From NCBI GenBank assembly GCA_035277305.1, contig DATEKT010000195.1, positions 6,329 to 70,328 of the forward strand: 64,000 bases of DNA, written 5' to 3'. This DNA comes from Steroidobacteraceae bacterium (GTDB lineage Bacteria > Pseudomonadota > Gammaproteobacteria > Steroidobacterales > Steroidobacteraceae). Below are positions 47,454 through 59,303 of the stretch, one piece after another (position 1 is the first letter of the stretch; each line of letters opens with the position of its first letter). The translations under genes and the position numbers were made by a program. The notes beneath the pieces are model-generated. The model was not told the DNA's origin and made no database searches. It was given only the letters and a program-made list of their open reading frames with translations.

Positions 47454-50123
47454 CTTCGCCAGCGTCGCCGCTTGCTTCGTCAGCGGGTGATCTGCGCCGA
47501 CCGTCGGCGTGAGTTGCGCGAGCGCCTCGACTGACAACTCGCGCGCGCGCACTGCATGACCTTGCGCTTCTTCCGCGTCGACCTGCGTGAGCAGAGCACG
47601 TCCGAGCCAGTAGGAAGGCTGGCCCGGCACTGCGACTTTCCGTGCCAGTGCGCTTGCTTCGGCCGCAAGCTCCGCTGCGCGGCCTGGGTCGTTGGTCCGT
47701 AACGCGCATTGCGCTAGCGCTGCCTGCGCGACGATCTGGTCGGTCACGCGCCGGTTCTTGGTCTGCCACTCGGTGAGTACCTGCTGCAGCTTCGATCTGG
47801 CATCGTCGAGCGAGTTGTCGGCGAGATCCAGCAAGCCGCTTTCGAAGACGAAGTTCAACCGCTGGTTGTGCTCGGGGGGCAGGTGCGCCTCGACGAACCG
47901 CCGCGCGTCCTCGCGCGCCGCGCGGGCAGCTTCGAAGTCGCCGCGCTCGCGATTCACGGACAGCAGGCCGAGCAGGGCGCCGATCTGCATCTCCGCATCT
48001 TCCTCGCCGCCCGACTGGCGCAACGCACTGGAGAAATGCTGTTCGGCCTCATCAAGCCTGTTGAGCAGCACCAGCCGCCGGCCGTACGTGACGCTGACCC
48101 ATTGGTCCGGCGCGGAGCCGACCCACAGCGCCTGGCCGACTGCGAGCGCGGACTGGAACAGCTGCGCTGCGCCATCGATGTCACCGATGTCGGATTTCAC
48201 GATGCCCCAGCTGTTGTACAGGAGCACGGCATTGGCGGTGCGTTCCCGGCCGAGTTGCTTCAGCAGATCCAGCGTGCCGCGGTGCATGTCGTCGGCCGCC
48301 TGGAACTTGCCCTGCGCGCGCAGCGACGTTCCGAGCTGCACACGCGGAGAGATCCAGTGAAGCGGCGCGCGCGGAAACAATCTTTGTGCCTGCGCGAGCG
48401 ACGCCTGCGCGGTTGCGATGGCCATCCCAACGTCCTGCCGCGTCAGCTCGAGATCCGATTTCTGCTCCAGGCATTCGATCAGCGCAGGTGAATCGGGCGA
48501 GTTGCGCCGCAGCTCGGCGATCGCCGCGTCGAGCAACGCGGCGCCCTGGCTGATGCGTCCCGCGTAGTGATGCAGCCGGCCGAGCTCGCATGCCGATTGC
48601 GACCTGAGCTCCGGGAAGTTTCCCGCGACTGCGCGAGTGTTGGCCTGTTCGAACAGCTCGCGCGCCTTGCGATACTGCCCCACGCGCGCAAACAGCATGC
48701 CGAGCTTGATGACCTGCTCGATCGCCGCGGCATTGTCGGCCGAGCCGTATTGCGTCGGGATCGCCTGCTCGGCGCGCTGTAGCAGCTCGGCGGTGGTGAA
48801 CGGACGGCCGGTGGTGCCTGCGTCGGTGAGCACGAATTCCGCGAAGTCGCGCGCGAACTCGGCGCGCGACGCCTGGTCCTCGGCGAGCCGCCGCTGCTGA
48901 TTTGCCTGGAGCATCTGCCAGATCGAGAAGGCGCCCGCGGCGATCAGCGCAATTGCCATCACGCACGCACTCGCCACAGCCGTGCGATTCCTGCGCACGA
49001 ATTTCGCGGCGAGATAACCGACCGAGCGCGGCCGCGCCGACACTGGCTCGTGCGCGAGGTAGTGACGCAGGTCCTGCGCGAGCAGCTCGGCGGTTCGATA
49101 GCGCTCGTCGGGATTTCGGCGCAGCGCCATCGCAACGATGTTGTCGAGATCGCCCCGTAAAGTCCGTCGCCAGTCTTCTCGCGCCGCCGCGTCCGACAGG
49201 CGCGGCGCATCGGCCTCCAGCGTGCGCTGGATCCACTCCGCGGCCGATTGCGATTCATCGCCCGGGGATGAAGGGCGCTTGCCCGCGAGCAGCTCGAACA
49301 GCACTGTTCCAAGTGCGTACACGTCGGTGGCAGTGGTGATCGGCTCGCCGCGCAATTGCTCCGGCGCGGCGTAGCCCGGCGTGAGTCCGGGGCCGATGTG
49401 GCCCGTCAGCTGCGTGACGTCGTCACCCTCGCGCGACAACAGCGCGGCAATGCCGAAGTCGAGCAGCTTCACCTCGCCGTGTTCGGTCACGAGAATGTTC
49501 GAGGGCTTGAGATCGCGATGCACGACGAGATTGCTGTGGGCGTGCGCGACCGCCGCGAGAACGTCGAGGAACAGATGTACGCGCTGCTCGATGTTCAGGC
49601 CGCGCTGGTCGCAGTACTGGTCGATGCGCTCGCCGCGCACGTATTCCAGAACGAGATACGGCTGGCGCTCTGCTTCGACACCGGCGTCCAGCAGCCGCGC
49701 AATGTTTGGATGCTGCAAGCGCGCGAGCACGCTGCCTTCGCGCTCGAACCGCTGCTCCGACGGATGCCCGACGAAAGCGAGGTTCAGCAGTTTGACCGCC
49801 ACCTGTCCTTCGAACCGGCCGTCGCTGCGGTGAGCGAGCCACACCGTCCCCATGCCGCCGAAGCCGAGCGTGCGGTCCAGCGTGTAGGCACCGAAGGTCT
49901 GCCCCGCGAGACCGCCCGGCAGATGGCGACGGATCGAATCGTCGAGGAACCTGCGCTCGCTCAGCTGCTCGACTTCGTGCAGGCACGAGCGGACCTGCGC
50001 GGCCAGCTCCGGCGCGCGCTCCGCGAGATTCTTCAGCCACGATTCGCGCGCGCCGGGCGCCAGCTCCAGCGCCTCGTCGAGCAACGGGCTGATCTCGCTC
50101 CAGCGGTCTTTGAGCGTCGGCAT
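47448..50123 (-). CDS. Hanks-type Ser/Thr protein kinase with TM and TPR domain
   Basis: [28 protein letters not shown] and YAAPEQ, then TM and TPR-like helices. Confidence 0.95.
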   Translation of the reverse strand: MPTLKDRWSEISPLLDEALELAPGARESWLKNLAERAPELAAQVRSCLHEVEQLSERRFLDDSIRRHLPGGLAGQTFGAYTLDRTLGFGGMGTVWLAHRSDGRFEGQVAVKLLNLAFVGHPSEQRFEREGSVLARLQHPNIARLLDAGVEAERQPYLVLEYVRGERIDQYCDQRGLNIEQRVHLFLDVLAAVAHAHSNLVVHRDLKPSNILVTEHGEVKLLDFGIAALLSREGDDVTQLTGHIGPGLTPGYAAPEQLRGEPITTATDVYALGTVLFELLAGKRPSSPGDESQSAAEWIQRTLEADAPRLSDAAAREDWRRTLRGDLDNIVAMALRRNPDERYRTAELLAQDLRHYLAHEPVSARPRSVGYLAAKFVRRNRTAVASACVMAIALIAAGAFSIWQMLQANQQRRLAEDQASRAEFARDFAEFVLTDAGTTGRPFTTAELLQRAEQAIPTQYGSADNAAAIEQVIKLGMLFARVGQYRKARELFEQANTRAVAGNFPELRSQSACELGRLHHYAGRISQGAALLDAAIAELRRNSPDSPALIECLEQKSDLELTRQDVGMAIATAQASLAQAQRLFPRAPLHWISPRVQLGTSLRAQGKFQAADDMHRGTLDLLKQLGRERTANAVLLYNSWGIVKSDIGDIDGAAQLFQSALAVGQALWVGSAPDQWVSVTYGRRLVLLNRLDEAEQHFSSALRQSGGEEDAEMQIGALLGLLSVNRERGDFEAARAAREDARRFVEAHLPPEHNQRLNFVFESGLLDLADNSLDDARSKLQQVLTEWQTKNRRVTDQIVAQAALAQCALRTNDPGRAAELAAEASALARKVAVPGQPSYWLGRALLTQVDAEEAQGHAVRARELSVEALAQLTPTVGADHPLTKQAATLAKL

Positions 50124-50126
50124 GAG

Positions 50127-52772
50127 TCACTGCTCCGGCTGCGCGAGCGGCGCAGGCACGTGAGTCGGCAGCGTTCCGAGCCAACGAGCGGGCAACGACA
50201 TTGCACTGACCAGCGACACCAGCACGGCGGCTGCATAGGGTACAGCCTGGATCAGCAACACGGCGACCCACACCGAAACATCGGGGCCTCTCAGCTCTTC
50301 CGGAATGCCGACGATCAGCTGTGGGCCGAGGTCGATCTGCCGCGTCAGGCAGATCGCGGCCAGCAGCATCGCGAGCAGCATCAGGGTCTCGGTCCGCGCC
50401 GCTGCGAGGCCGGCAGCGACCGCGTGCGGCTGCTTGGTCTTCGGCGTACGGATGAACGGCTCGTTGCGCGTGAACAATGCTTTGATGACCGCGACGCCGA
50501 TGGTGTGCGAAAGCGCGAGGCCGGCGAGCGCGGCGGCCAGTGTCTGGCGAATGTTCGCGCCCACTCGGGCGGCGTAGAGATGCGCGAGCTTCACCAGCTT
50601 GAACGTGAACAGCGACAGCGGCAGCGCCGAGAACATGATCAGCGGTGGATCGATGCGATGCGGCGCGATGATCATCGCGAACGACCAGATCAGAGCGGCG
50701 ATCGTGAACAGCAGGTTGAGGCCGTCGGCGAGCCAGGGCAGCCAGCCGGCGACGAAGTGATAGCGCTGGCCGCGCGTCAGCCGCTCGTCGCCGTGTGAGA
50801 ACAGAGCGCGCGCATGCGCCTGCAGGATCTGCACCGCGCCGTACGCCCAGCGGAAGCGCTGCTTTTTGTAGTCGGTGAACGTCTCCGGCATCAGTCCGCG
50901 ACCGTAGCTGCGCGGCACGTACTGCGCTTCGTAGCCGTGCTCGAACAAGCGCAGCCCGAGCTCGGCGTCCTCGGTGATGCACCACTGCGCCCAGCCGCCG
51001 ACCTGTTCGAGCGCCTGGCGCCGGACCAGCGTCATCGTGCCGTGCTGGATGATTGCGTTACGCTCGTTGCGCGTGATCATGCCGATCAGGAAGAAGCCAC
51101 GGTACTCTGCGTAGCACATCGCCTTGAAGACGCTCTCGCCGCCGTCGCGATAGTCCTGCGGCGCCTGCACGATCGCGACTTTCGGCTCGGCGAACCCCGG
51201 CACCAGGTCGCGCAGCCACTTGGGCTCGACCTGGTAGTCGCTGTCGATGACGGCGATGACCTGCGCATCCGCCGCGGACTGCGCCAGGGCAAAGTTCAGC
51301 GCGCCGGCCTTGAAGCCGGCCAGTGGATCGATGTGGAAGAAGCGGAAGCGGGCGCCGAGCCGCGCGCAATGCCGCTCGACCGGCCGCCACGCCGCTTCGT
51401 CCTGCGTGTTGTTGTCGACGACGATGACTTCGTAGTCCGGATAGTCGAGCCGCGCGAGCGCATCGAGCGTTTCGATCAGCATCTGCGGCGGCTCGTTGTA
51501 GGCCGGCACGTGGATCGACACCTTCGGCAGCGCCACGTTGCCACTGGCGATCGCGAACTGCCGCCGTCGCGGAATCGCCCAGTGCGCTTCGGCCCACTCG
51601 TGCGCTTCGGCGATCAGCACCGCGATCACGACGAACATGCCGAGCATCAGCGGCCCGCCGATGAGCACGCTGCGCAGAGTGATGTACTGCTGGGAGTAGT
51701 CGTAGATGATCCACACGGCCGCCGCGATCGTGGCGTAGACGACTATTGCGAGCAGACTCCGGCCGCGCGCGTCGAGCGTGCGACTGTGCACGAACAGGAG
51801 CGCGACGAGCAGGGATGCGAGCACGACGGAGATTGCGGCTAGCGTCTGCCACTGCGGAATCCGCACGATCGGCTCGACGAATGCGAACTTCGGCTCGCGA
51901 TCCACGTCGTACACGCCCCAGTACGCGCCGACTGCGCCCTCGTACCGCGCCTTCCACGGCTGATCGAACGCTTCCATGATGTAGTAGAGATAACCTTCAT
52001 CGCGCGCGCGCTGCAGGAAGCGACGCAGGAACATCGCTTCATTGCTCGTCGATGCAACCGCTGCGTCGCGTGTGCGGCCTGCCGAAGGCCAGCCGACTTC
52101 GGCGATGACGATCTGCTTGCCGGGATAGGCGCGCGCCAGCTGTGCGACGCGCAGCGCGCAGTCGTCGACCGCCTGCTCGACCGCAATTCCCTCCCAATAC
52201 GGCAACAGATGCACCGCGATGTAGTCGACGTGCTCGACGAGCTCAGGGTGCTTGAGCCAGACGTGCCACGGCTCCGCGGTGCTCACAGGTTGCTCGACGG
52301 CGTCGCGCACGCGATCCAGCTGCTGCGACAACTCGGCGACGGTGAGGTCGTTGCGCAGAATGACTTCGTTGCCGATCACCAGGCGGATGACGTTCGGATG
52401 ATGGTTGGCGATGTCGATCGCCGCGGCGATCTCGGCCTCGTTCGTCTGCCGGTTGCGATCGACCCACGCGCCGAGCGCGACTTTCAGCTGGTGGCGAGCG
52501 GCGATGTCCGCGATCTGCCCGAGACTCTTCAGCGAGGAATAGGTGCGTACCGCGGTGACCTTGCCCGCGAGCAGGCGCAGGTCGGCATCGATCTGTTGCG
52601 GTGTCGGCAGCACCTGCGGCACCGGATCCTGGCCGGTGCCGAACGGCGAGAACGCCATGCCCTGGACGTGATCGGGCCACGGCGGCTCGGGACTGGGGCG
52701 GTTCAGCCAGGCCCACAGCGCGAACGTCAGCGCCGCGAAAACGGCTGCAACGACAATGCTGGACGCTCTCAT
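50127..52772 (-). CDS. GH17 + GT2 fusion, NdvB-like (cyclic) beta-1,3-glucan synthase
   Basis: GH17: [30 protein letters not shown]2: [32 protein letters not shown]. Confidence 0.9.
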   Translation of the reverse strand: MRASSIVVAAVFAALTFALWAWLNRPSPEPPWPDHVQGMAFSPFGTGQDPVPQVLPTPQQIDADLRLLAGKVTAVRTYSSLKSLGQIADIAARHQLKVALGAWVDRNRQTNEAEIAAAIDIANHHPNVIRLVIGNEVILRNDLTVAELSQQLDRVRDAVEQPVSTAEPWHVWLKHPELVEHVDYIAVHLLPYWEGIAVEQAVDDCALRVAQLARAYPGKQIVIAEVGWPSAGRTRDAAVASTSNEAMFLRRFLQRARDEGYLYYIMEAFDQPWKARYEGAVGAYWGVYDVDREPKFAFVEPIVRIPQWQTLAAISVVLASLLVALLFVHSRTLDARGRSLLAIVVYATIAAAVWIIYDYSQQYITLRSVLIGGPLMLGMFVVIAVLIAEAHEWAEAHWAIPRRRQFAIASGNVALPKVSIHVPAYNEPPQMLIETLDALARLDYPDYEVIVVDNNTQDEAAWRPVERHCARLGARFRFFHIDPLAGFKAGALNFALAQSAADAQVIAVIDSDYQVEPKWLRDLVPGFAEPKVAIVQAPQDYRDGGESVFKAMCYAEYRGFFLIGMITRNERNAIIQHGTMTLVRRQALEQVGGWAQWCITEDAELGLRLFEHGYEAQYVPRSYGRGLMPETFTDYKKQRFRWAYGAVQILQAHARALFSHGDERLTRGQRYHFVAGWLPWLADGLNLLFTIAALIWSFAMIIAPHRIDPPLIMFSALPLSLFTFKLVKLAHLYAARVGANIRQTLAAALAGLALSHTIGVAVIKALFTRNEPFIRTPKTKQPHAVAAGLAAARTETLMLLAMLLAAICLTRQIDLGPQLIVGIPEELRGPDVSVWVAVLLIQAVPYAAAVLVSLVSAMSLPARWLGTLPTHVPAPLAQPEQ

Positions 52773-52810
52773 CGTGTTAACGTACTCGCTCGTGGCAGGA
52801 GTATACGACC

Positions 52811-53449
52811 ATGCGAAACCGGACGATTTCGGGATCTGCCGTCGCGGCGGCGGGAGTGTTGCTGAGCCTGGCCTTGCCGGCGCAAGCGCAGGAGCCGCCG
52901 AAGCACTACAACGACTGGGAGTTCACGCCGTTCGTCGGCTACATGGCCGGCGGCGAGTTCGAGGATCCGGCGGATAGCAGCGATCGCAACGTCGACGAGG
53001 ACAACAACTACGGGCTGTTCGTCAACGCCGCCGTCGACAACTGGCGACACTACGAGCTCCTCTACACCAAGCAGAGCACGCGAGTGCAGGGCGTGACGCC
53101 ATTCGATATGGACGTGCAGTACCTGCAGATCGGCGGCACGGTCAGCTACCCGGACGCAGAGCGCGTCATTCCCTATTTCGGCATGACGGTCGGCGCGGCG
53201 CGCTTCGCCCCGGACCAGCCGGGACTCGACGATGAGACCAAGCTCGCGTTCACGGTCGCGGGTGGCGTGCGCGTGCCGATTACGGATCGCTTCGGCGTGC
53301 GCTTCGACGTGCGCGCGTTCGTCACGGTGCTCGATACCGACGGCGATCTTTTCTGCGTCTCGGACGGTGGGCTGACCTGCAACGTCCGCGCGAAGTCCGA
53401 CACGTTCATCCAGTACTCGGCCAACCTCGGCGTCACCCTGGGATTCTGA
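52811..53449 (+). CDS. Outer-membrane beta-barrel protein
   Basis: Signal peptide, alternating beta strands and C-terminal ..LGVTLGF. Confidence 0.85.
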   Translation: MRNRTISGSAVAAAGVLLSLALPAQAQEPPKHYNDWEFTPFVGYMAGGEFEDPADSSDRNVDEDNNYGLFVNAAVDNWRHYELLYTKQSTRVQGVTPFDMDVQYLQIGGTVSYPDAERVIPYFGMTVGAARFAPDQPGLDDETKLAFTVAGGVRVPITDRFGVRFDVRAFVTVLDTDGDLFCVSDGGLTCNVRAKSDTFIQYSANLGVTLGF

Positions 53450-53456
53450 TCCCGGC

Positions 53457-54128
53457 GTGCTGGCAGTCGAGAGCGTCAGTAAATCCTTTGCTGGCGCGCG
53501 CTCGCGCGTCGTGCTGCACGACGTGTCGTTGCAGCTTGCGGCGGGTGAGTACATCGCGGTGATGGGCGAATCCGGCGCCGGCAAGTCCACGCTGCTCAAT
53601 CTCATCGCCGGGCTCGACGTGCCGGACTCGGGCCGCATCGTCGTCGCCGGGCAGGATCTCGCCGCGCTCGACGATGCGGGCCGCACTCGATTGCGACGCG
53701 CCCACATGGGCTTCATCTTCCAGGCGTTCCATCTGCTTCCGCACCTGACGGTCGGGCGCAATGTCGGGTTGCCGCTGGCGTTGAACGGCGCTGCCGGTGC
53801 GGCGATCGACGCACGCGTCCAGGAGATGCTTGCCGCCGTCGGCATGCTGGAGCGGCAGAACGATCTGCCGAACCAGCTGTCGGGCGGTGAAATGCAACGA
53901 GTCGCGATTGCACGCGCTCTCGCGCACCGGCCGAGCCTGGTGCTGGCCGACGAACCCACCGGCAATCTCGACGCCGATTCCGCAGCCGAAGTGCTGCGGC
54001 TGCTGCGCGCTCAGCTCGAGCGCGATAACGCTGCCGGGATTCTCGTCACGCATTCCGAGCTCGCCGCCGCGACGGCGCAGCGGACATTTCGCCTCACGCA
54101 TCAGGGATTGCGCGAGCGCACGAGCTGA
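53457..54128 (+). CDS. LolD/MacB-type ABC ATP-binding protein
   Basis: [26 protein letters not shown] and ADEPTGNLD. Confidence 0.93.
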   Translation: MLAVESVSKSFAGARSRVVLHDVSLQLAAGEYIAVMGESGAGKSTLLNLIAGLDVPDSGRIVVAGQDLAALDDAGRTRLRRAHMGFIFQAFHLLPHLTVGRNVGLPLALNGAAGAAIDARVQEMLAAVGMLERQNDLPNQLSGGEMQRVAIARALAHRPSLVLADEPTGNLDADSAAEVLRLLRAQLERDNAAGILVTHSELAAATAQRTFRLTHQGLRERTS

Positions 54129-54130
54129 AC

Positions 54131-56638
54131 ATGGCAGCGTGGCCGCTCATCGATGCCGCTCTCGCCGGACCGCTACGACGCTCGCCCGGCCGCAACGCGC
54201 TGCTCGCCATCGCGATCGCGCTCGGCGTGGCGCTGGGGTTCGCGATCTACCTGATCAATCGGTCCGCCGCCGATGAAGTCTCGCTCGCGGCGCGCAGTCT
54301 CTACGGTCTTGCGGACCTGTCGATCGAGAGTGCCGCTGGCCTCGACGAGAACCTGTATCCGCGCATCGCCGCAGTGCCCGGCGTCGCAGTCGCGAGTCCG
54401 GTCGTGGAAGTGGAGGGCAAGCTCGCGAACCGGCGCGCTGCGTTGACGCTGCTCGGCGTCGATGCATTTCGCTCGCGGCAGCTGCAGGCGTCGCTCGCTG
54501 CGCTCGCTGGCACGATGAGCGCCGGCACCGCGGCGTTCGATCCGCAAGCGATCTTTCTGAGCGCCAGCGCCGCGCGCGATCTGCAGCTCGAGACCGGAGA
54601 TGTGCTCGAGATCCAGGTGGGCGAGAAGAAGGAGCAGCTGCGCGTGGCCGGCGTGCTGCCGCAGGCGGGGATGGAGGATCGTGCGGGCGTGCTCGATATC
54701 GCGGCGGCGCAATGGAAGTTCGGCCAGCTCGGCAAGCTGTCGCGCATCAACGTGCGGCTGACGAGCGGCGCGAGTCCCGGGCAAGTGCGCACCGACATTG
54801 CTGCGTTGCTGCCGCCCGAAGCTCGTGTCACGACGCCCGGCGAGGCGAGCAACGAAGCGCTGCGATTGTCGCGCGCCTATAGATCGAATCTCACGGCGCT
54901 TGCGCTGGTCGCGCTGTTCACGGGCGGATTCTTCGTGTACTCGACGCAGTCGCTCGCGACGCTGCGCCGGCGCCGCGAGTTCGCAGTCCTGCATGCGCTC
55001 GGCGTCACGCGTGGACAGCAACTTGCGCTCGTGCTCGCCGGGGCCGCGATCATCGGCACGTGCGGTGCATTGCTCGGCATCGTGCTCGGAATCGCGGCGG
55101 CGCGTCTCGGGCTCGGCGCGATCGGCGGCGACCTCGGCGCGGGTTATTTTCGCGGTCTCGCTGCCGAGCTCGAAGTGCGCGGCGGAGAGATTGCTGCTTT
55201 CTGGGTGCTCGGCGTGACCGTCGCGATCGTCGGCGCACTGCGTCCGGCCGTCGAAGCCGCGCGCGTCCCGACGGCAAGCGCACTGAAAGCGGGCGACGTG
55301 GCGAGTCGCGAGTTGCGCACGCACGGCCGCGTCGTCGCCGTGCTTCTGTTGCTCGCCGCGCTCGTGCTGCTGTTGCCGCCGATCGCCGGCTTGCCGTTGC
55401 CCGGTTTCGTTTCCATCGCGCTGGTGATGATCGGCGTCGTGATCGCGATGCCGTCGATCGTTCGCCTGGCATTGCGCCACGCACCCTTCGTGCGCGCAGT
55501 TCCGTACCAGATCGCCATTGCGCAGATTGCGGGCACTGCGCGCTATGCGACGCTCAGCGTGTCCGCGATCCTCGTGAGCTTCAGCCTCATGGTGTCGATG
55601 GCGATCATGGTGACCTCTTTCCGCACTTCGCTCGATCAATGGGCGCAGCGCGTGCTGCCCGCGGATGTTTATGTGCGGCTCGGCTATGTCGGTCAGTCGG
55701 CGCATCTCGACGCGGGTACGGTGCGCAGACTCGGTCACTTGCCGGGCGTCGCGCATTTCGAGACGGGTCGCTTCGCACGCACGCAACTCGCTGCCGACAA
55801 GCCGCTGACGCTGGTCGCGCGCAGCGCCAATCACATGAAAATCGCAGATGCGTTGTGGATGACTACGACCGCGGCGGCGAAAGCGCCTGGCGACGCAGTG
55901 AGCGCGTGGGTCAGCGAAGGAGCGAGCGACCTCTACGGCATTCGTGCCGGCGACACGTTCGAGTTCTCCGTCGCGGGCCGGCCCGTGCGTGCATTCGCGG
56001 CGGGCATCTGGCGCGACTACGAGCACCAGAACGGCGCCGTCGTCATCGACAATGCTGACTACGTGCGACTCTCGGGCGACACCGGCGTGAATACCGTGAG
56101 CTTGTGGTTGGAGCCGGGCGTGGACTCGAAAGCGCTCGAGAATTCCATTCGCGACCTGCTGCCGGCGACGCAGTACGACTTGCGCACGCCGCCCGAGCTG
56201 CGCCGGTTGTCCTTGCAGGCGTTCGATCGCACTTTTGCGATCACCTATCTGCTCGAGCTGGTCGCCGTGCTCATCGGCTTGTTCGGCATCGCAGCCGGCA
56301 TCAGCGCGCAGGTCCTCGCGCGACGCGGCGAGTTCGGCGTGCTGCGGCATCTCGGCTTCACTCGCGCGCAGATCGCGACGATGCTCGCGATCGAAGGTGC
56401 GGTGCTCGGCGCGACGGGCGTGGTCGTCGGCTTGATCACCGGCGGCATCGTGAGCCTGATCCTGATCTACGTCGTGAACCGGCAGTCGTTTCACTGGAGC
56501 ATGGATCTTGCGGCGCCCGGTGTGCTGCTGGCTTCGCTCAGCGCTGTGCTCGTCGCCGCTGCCGCAGGAATCGCGGTCGTCAGCGGCCGGCAGGCGATGA
56601 GCACCGACGTCGTCAAAGCCGTGAAGGAGGATTGGTGA
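54131..56638 (+). CDS. Duplicated FtsX/MacB-type ABC permease
   Basis: Two MacB/FtsX halves: RRREFAVLHALG and RRGEFGVLRHLG; VNRQSFHWSM. Confidence 0.9.
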   Translation: MAAWPLIDAALAGPLRRSPGRNALLAIAIALGVALGFAIYLINRSAADEVSLAARSLYGLADLSIESAAGLDENLYPRIAAVPGVAVASPVVEVEGKLANRRAALTLLGVDAFRSRQLQASLAALAGTMSAGTAAFDPQAIFLSASAARDLQLETGDVLEIQVGEKKEQLRVAGVLPQAGMEDRAGVLDIAAAQWKFGQLGKLSRINVRLTSGASPGQVRTDIAALLPPEARVTTPGEASNEALRLSRAYRSNLTALALVALFTGGFFVYSTQSLATLRRRREFAVLHALGVTRGQQLALVLAGAAIIGTCGALLGIVLGIAAARLGLGAIGGDLGAGYFRGLAAELEVRGGEIAAFWVLGVTVAIVGALRPAVEAARVPTASALKAGDVASRELRTHGRVVAVLLLLAALVLLLPPIAGLPLPGFVSIALVMIGVVIAMPSIVRLALRHAPFVRAVPYQIAIAQIAGTARYATLSVSAILVSFSLMVSMAIMVTSFRTSLDQWAQRVLPADVYVRLGYVGQSAHLDAGTVRRLGHLPGVAHFETGRFARTQLAADKPLTLVARSANHMKIADALWMTTTAAAKAPGDAVSAWVSEGASDLYGIRAGDTFEFSVAGRPVRAFAAGIWRDYEHQNGAVVIDNADYVRLSGDTGVNTVSLWLEPGVDSKALENSIRDLLPATQYDLRTPPELRRLSLQAFDRTFAITYLLELVAVLIGLFGIAAGISAQVLARRGEFGVLRHLGFTRAQIATMLAIEGAVLGATGVVVGLITGGIVSLILIYVVNRQSFHWSMDLAAPGVLLASLSAVLVAAAAGIAVVSGRQAMSTDVVKAVKEDW

Positions 56639-57711
56639 GGACGCTCGCGCACACGGTGCTAGTGTTGCTGCTGCTCGCGGGCACGGCTCTGCCTGCGACC
56701 GAAACGCAATATCCGGCCGTGGTGCCCGGCTACTCGATCGAAGTGCCGCGCGACGAAGGCAGCCATCCGCAGTTCCGTACCGAATGGTGGTATCTCACTG
56801 GCTGGGTCGAGACGCCGGACGGCGTGCCGCTCGGATTCCAGATCACGTTCTTCCGCAATCGTCCGGGCGTGGACGAAGGCAATCCGTCACGCTTCGTTGC
56901 GCGGCAAGTGTTGTTCGCTCACGCCGCGGTCAGCGATCCGAGGCACGGCGCGCTGCTGCGTGCCGAGAAATCCGCGCGCGCCGGCTTCGGACTTGCCGAA
57001 GCGGCCGAAGGATCGCTCGCGGTCAAGATAGATGACTGGTCGCTGCGTCAGGACGGCGAGCGCTACACGGCCGTCGCGTCGACGAGTGAGTTCACGCTGG
57101 AGCTCGAATGCGTGCGCGTGCAGCCGCCGCTGCTCAACGGCAGGAACGGGTTCAGTCAGAAAGGTCCGCAGCCCCAGTTCGCGAGCTACTACTACAGCCT
57201 GCCGCAATTGCAGACCAGCGGCCGCATCGTGATCGGCGGCCGCGAGCTGCGCGTCCGCGGCGCCGCGTGGTTCGATCACGAATGGTCGAGCAGCATGTTC
57301 GACGAGCAGGCGCGCGGCTGGGACTGGATCGGTCTCAATCTGAATGACGGCGGCGCGCTGATGGTTCAGCGCATTCGCGACGAGGCGGGTCAGCCGTACT
57401 GGGCTGGTGCGACGCTGCGCGAGCCCGGTAAGCCCGATCGCGTCTTTGCGCCGAACGAAGTCGAGTGGACGCCGCAACGCAGCTGGCGCTCGTCACGCAC
57501 CGGCGTGACGTATCCCGTCGAATGGAAAATTGCGGTCGGCGGGCGCACGATACTGCTGCGCCCCTTGCTGGACGATCAGGAGAACGATGCGCGCGGCAGC
57601 ACCGGGACGCTTTACTGGGAAGGCGCGGTGCGCGCGTTCGACGAGCATGGCCAGGCACTCGGCCGCGGCTATCTCGAGCTGACGGGTTACGGTGAGCGAC
57701 TCAGATTCTAG
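56635..57711 (+). CDS. AttH/CrtC-like lipocalin-fold secreted protein
   Basis: HPQFRTEWWY, SYYYS, WFDHEWS, GWDW, YWEG and GYLELTGY. GTGA overlap. Confidence 0.88.
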   Translation: MRTLAHTVLVLLLLAGTALPATETQYPAVVPGYSIEVPRDEGSHPQFRTEWWYLTGWVETPDGVPLGFQITFFRNRPGVDEGNPSRFVARQVLFAHAAVSDPRHGALLRAEKSARAGFGLAEAAEGSLAVKIDDWSLRQDGERYTAVASTSEFTLELECVRVQPPLLNGRNGFSQKGPQPQFASYYYSLPQLQTSGRIVIGGRELRVRGAAWFDHEWSSSMFDEQARGWDWIGLNLNDGGALMVQRIRDEAGQPYWAGATLREPGKPDRVFAPNEVEWTPQRSWRSSRTGVTYPVEWKIAVGGRTILLRPLLDDQENDARGSTGTLYWEGAVRAFDEHGQALGRGYLELTGYGERLRF

Positions 57712-57723
57712 GCGGAGGAATCC

Positions 57724-58317
57724 ATGTCACGCCTCTACCAGGAAGGACACCGCGAGCTGCAGCGGCAGTTCGACACGCAGCGCCTGGCCGACCGGCTGGA
57801 GCAGGTGACCTACCACACGCTCATCACGCCCGAAGATCGCGAGTTCATCGAACGGCGCGACATGTTCTTCCTCGCGACCGCGGACGCGGAGGGCCGGCCG
57901 AACTGCTCGTACAAGGGCGGCGATCCCGGGTTCGTGCGCGTGCTCGATGAGAGCACGCTGGCGTTTCCGAACTACGACGGCAACGGCATGTTCCTATCGT
58001 TCGGCAATGCGCGCATGAATCCGCACGTCGGCATGCTGTTCATCGACTTCGAAGCAGGCAAGCGCATCCGCGTGAATGGCACGGCGTCGATCGAGCCGCC
58101 GACGGCGGTCGAGCCCGGGTACCTCGGCGCGCAGTTCGTCGTCAAAGTGCAGGTGCGTGAAGTGTTTCCGAACTGCCCACGCTACATCCACAAGTACCAG
58201 CTGGTGGAGCGCTCGAAGTTCGTGCCGCGCGCGGCCGTTCCCACGCCGGTGCCGGCGTGGAAACGTTACGAATGGGCCAGGGACGTGCTGCCGGAAAACG
58301 ATCCGGCGAAAGACTGA
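57724..58317 (+). CDS. Pyridoxamine 5'-phosphate oxidase-like FMN-binding protein
   Basis: FFLATAD, SYKGGDPGFV, YDGNGM and NCPRYIH. Confidence 0.88.
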   Translation: MSRLYQEGHRELQRQFDTQRLADRLEQVTYHTLITPEDREFIERRDMFFLATADAEGRPNCSYKGGDPGFVRVLDESTLAFPNYDGNGMFLSFGNARMNPHVGMLFIDFEAGKRIRVNGTASIEPPTAVEPGYLGAQFVVKVQVREVFPNCPRYIHKYQLVERSKFVPRAAVPTPVPAWKRYEWARDVLPENDPAKD

Positions 58318-58321
58318 AAGG

Positions 58322-58663
58322 TCAGCCGAGCTTCGCGCCGGGCTTCGCCGCCCAGACTTTGCACCAGCCGTTGGCGTTCACCAGCTTGCCGGGGAACAGG
58401 TTGCAGGGACGCCATTCGTCGCCGTCCTTCCCTTGCAGCTGGACGCAGTTGTGGCAGAAAGCGCCCTTCTTGTACTGCGGCACCTTGGTTGCGTCGACCT
58501 TCTTCGCGTCGTGCACGTAACCGAGCGAGACCGCGAGCTGCTCCTTCTCGTCAAGATGCGGCGTGGCGTCCGCGGCCTCCACCAGGCCGGCGGCCGGCAA
58601 CGCGGCGAGGCCTGCGAGTGCGGTCTTAAGAACTGTACGACGATCGTAGCGGCGGTCGGTCAT
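58322..58663 (-). CDS. High-potential iron-sulfur protein (HiPIP), Tat-exported
   Basis: Tat motif DRRTVLK, LGYVHDA, CHNC...C.LFPGKLV..GWC. Confidence 0.92.
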   Translation of the reverse strand: MTDRRYDRRTVLKTALAGLAALPAAGLVEAADATPHLDEKEQLAVSLGYVHDAKKVDATKVPQYKKGAFCHNCVQLQGKDGDEWRPCNLFPGKLVNANGWCKVWAAKPGAKLG

Positions 58664-58759
58664 GATCGGTCCTCGTTCTCGTGTTCGTGCGAAAGGGAGT
58701 GAACAGTACGGCGCGCATGATAAACGCGCACTGAAAACGCCGTAAATGGCGCTGCGGTT

Positions 58760-59239
58760 TCACACCAGTGCGCGCGGCGCGACGATCAGCCCGTCCTCGT
58801 CGGCATACAGCCAGTCACCCTGACGAAAATTCACACCCGCGAAGCGCACGGGCACGTCGCGTTGCCCTTCGCCGCGCTTGTCCGTGCGGATCGGACAGGT
58901 CGCGAGCGCTTTCACGCCGATCGGCAGCTGCGCAATTGCGAATGCGTCGCGAATGCATCCGTACACCACGACGCCGCTCCAGCCGTTGTCGACGGCCTGC
59001 TTCGCCAGCATGTCGCCGATCACCGCACGGCGCAGCGAGCCGCCGGCATCGATCACCAGCACGCGGCCGTTGCCGGCTTCGGCCGTGAGGTCGCGCACGC
59101 GCGAGTTGTCCTCGAAGCACTTGATGGTGGCGATCTGCCCGGCGAAGCGCGGCCGGCCGCCGAAGTCACGGAAGATGGATTCGCCGATCTGCAGCTCGGC
59201 GGCGAAGCGATCGCACAGGTCGGCAGTCTGGAAGTCCAC
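58760..59239 (-). CDS. rraA: RraA / HMG aldolase family protein
   Basis: TADLCD, KCFEDNS, VLVIDAGGS, GCIRD and YADEDG. Confidence 0.92.
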   Translation of the reverse strand: MDFQTADLCDRFAAELQIGESIFRDFGGRPRFAGQIATIKCFEDNSRVRDLTAEAGNGRVLVIDAGGSLRRAVIGDMLAKQAVDNGWSGVVVYGCIRDAFAIAQLPIGVKALATCPIRTDKRGEGQRDVPVRFAGVNFRQGDWLYADEDGLIVAPRALV

Positions 59240-59303
59240 GCACACACTCCGGCGCCGGGTCGATTACCCGGTGCGGGAGTATCGGTGCAACGTGGAGCGC
59301 GCG

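Noticed and set aside
36580-50123. Two similar kinases as a recent duplication or mobile element
   Set aside because: They share only family motifs, and their TPR regions are highly diverged. No IS ends or integrase were seen.
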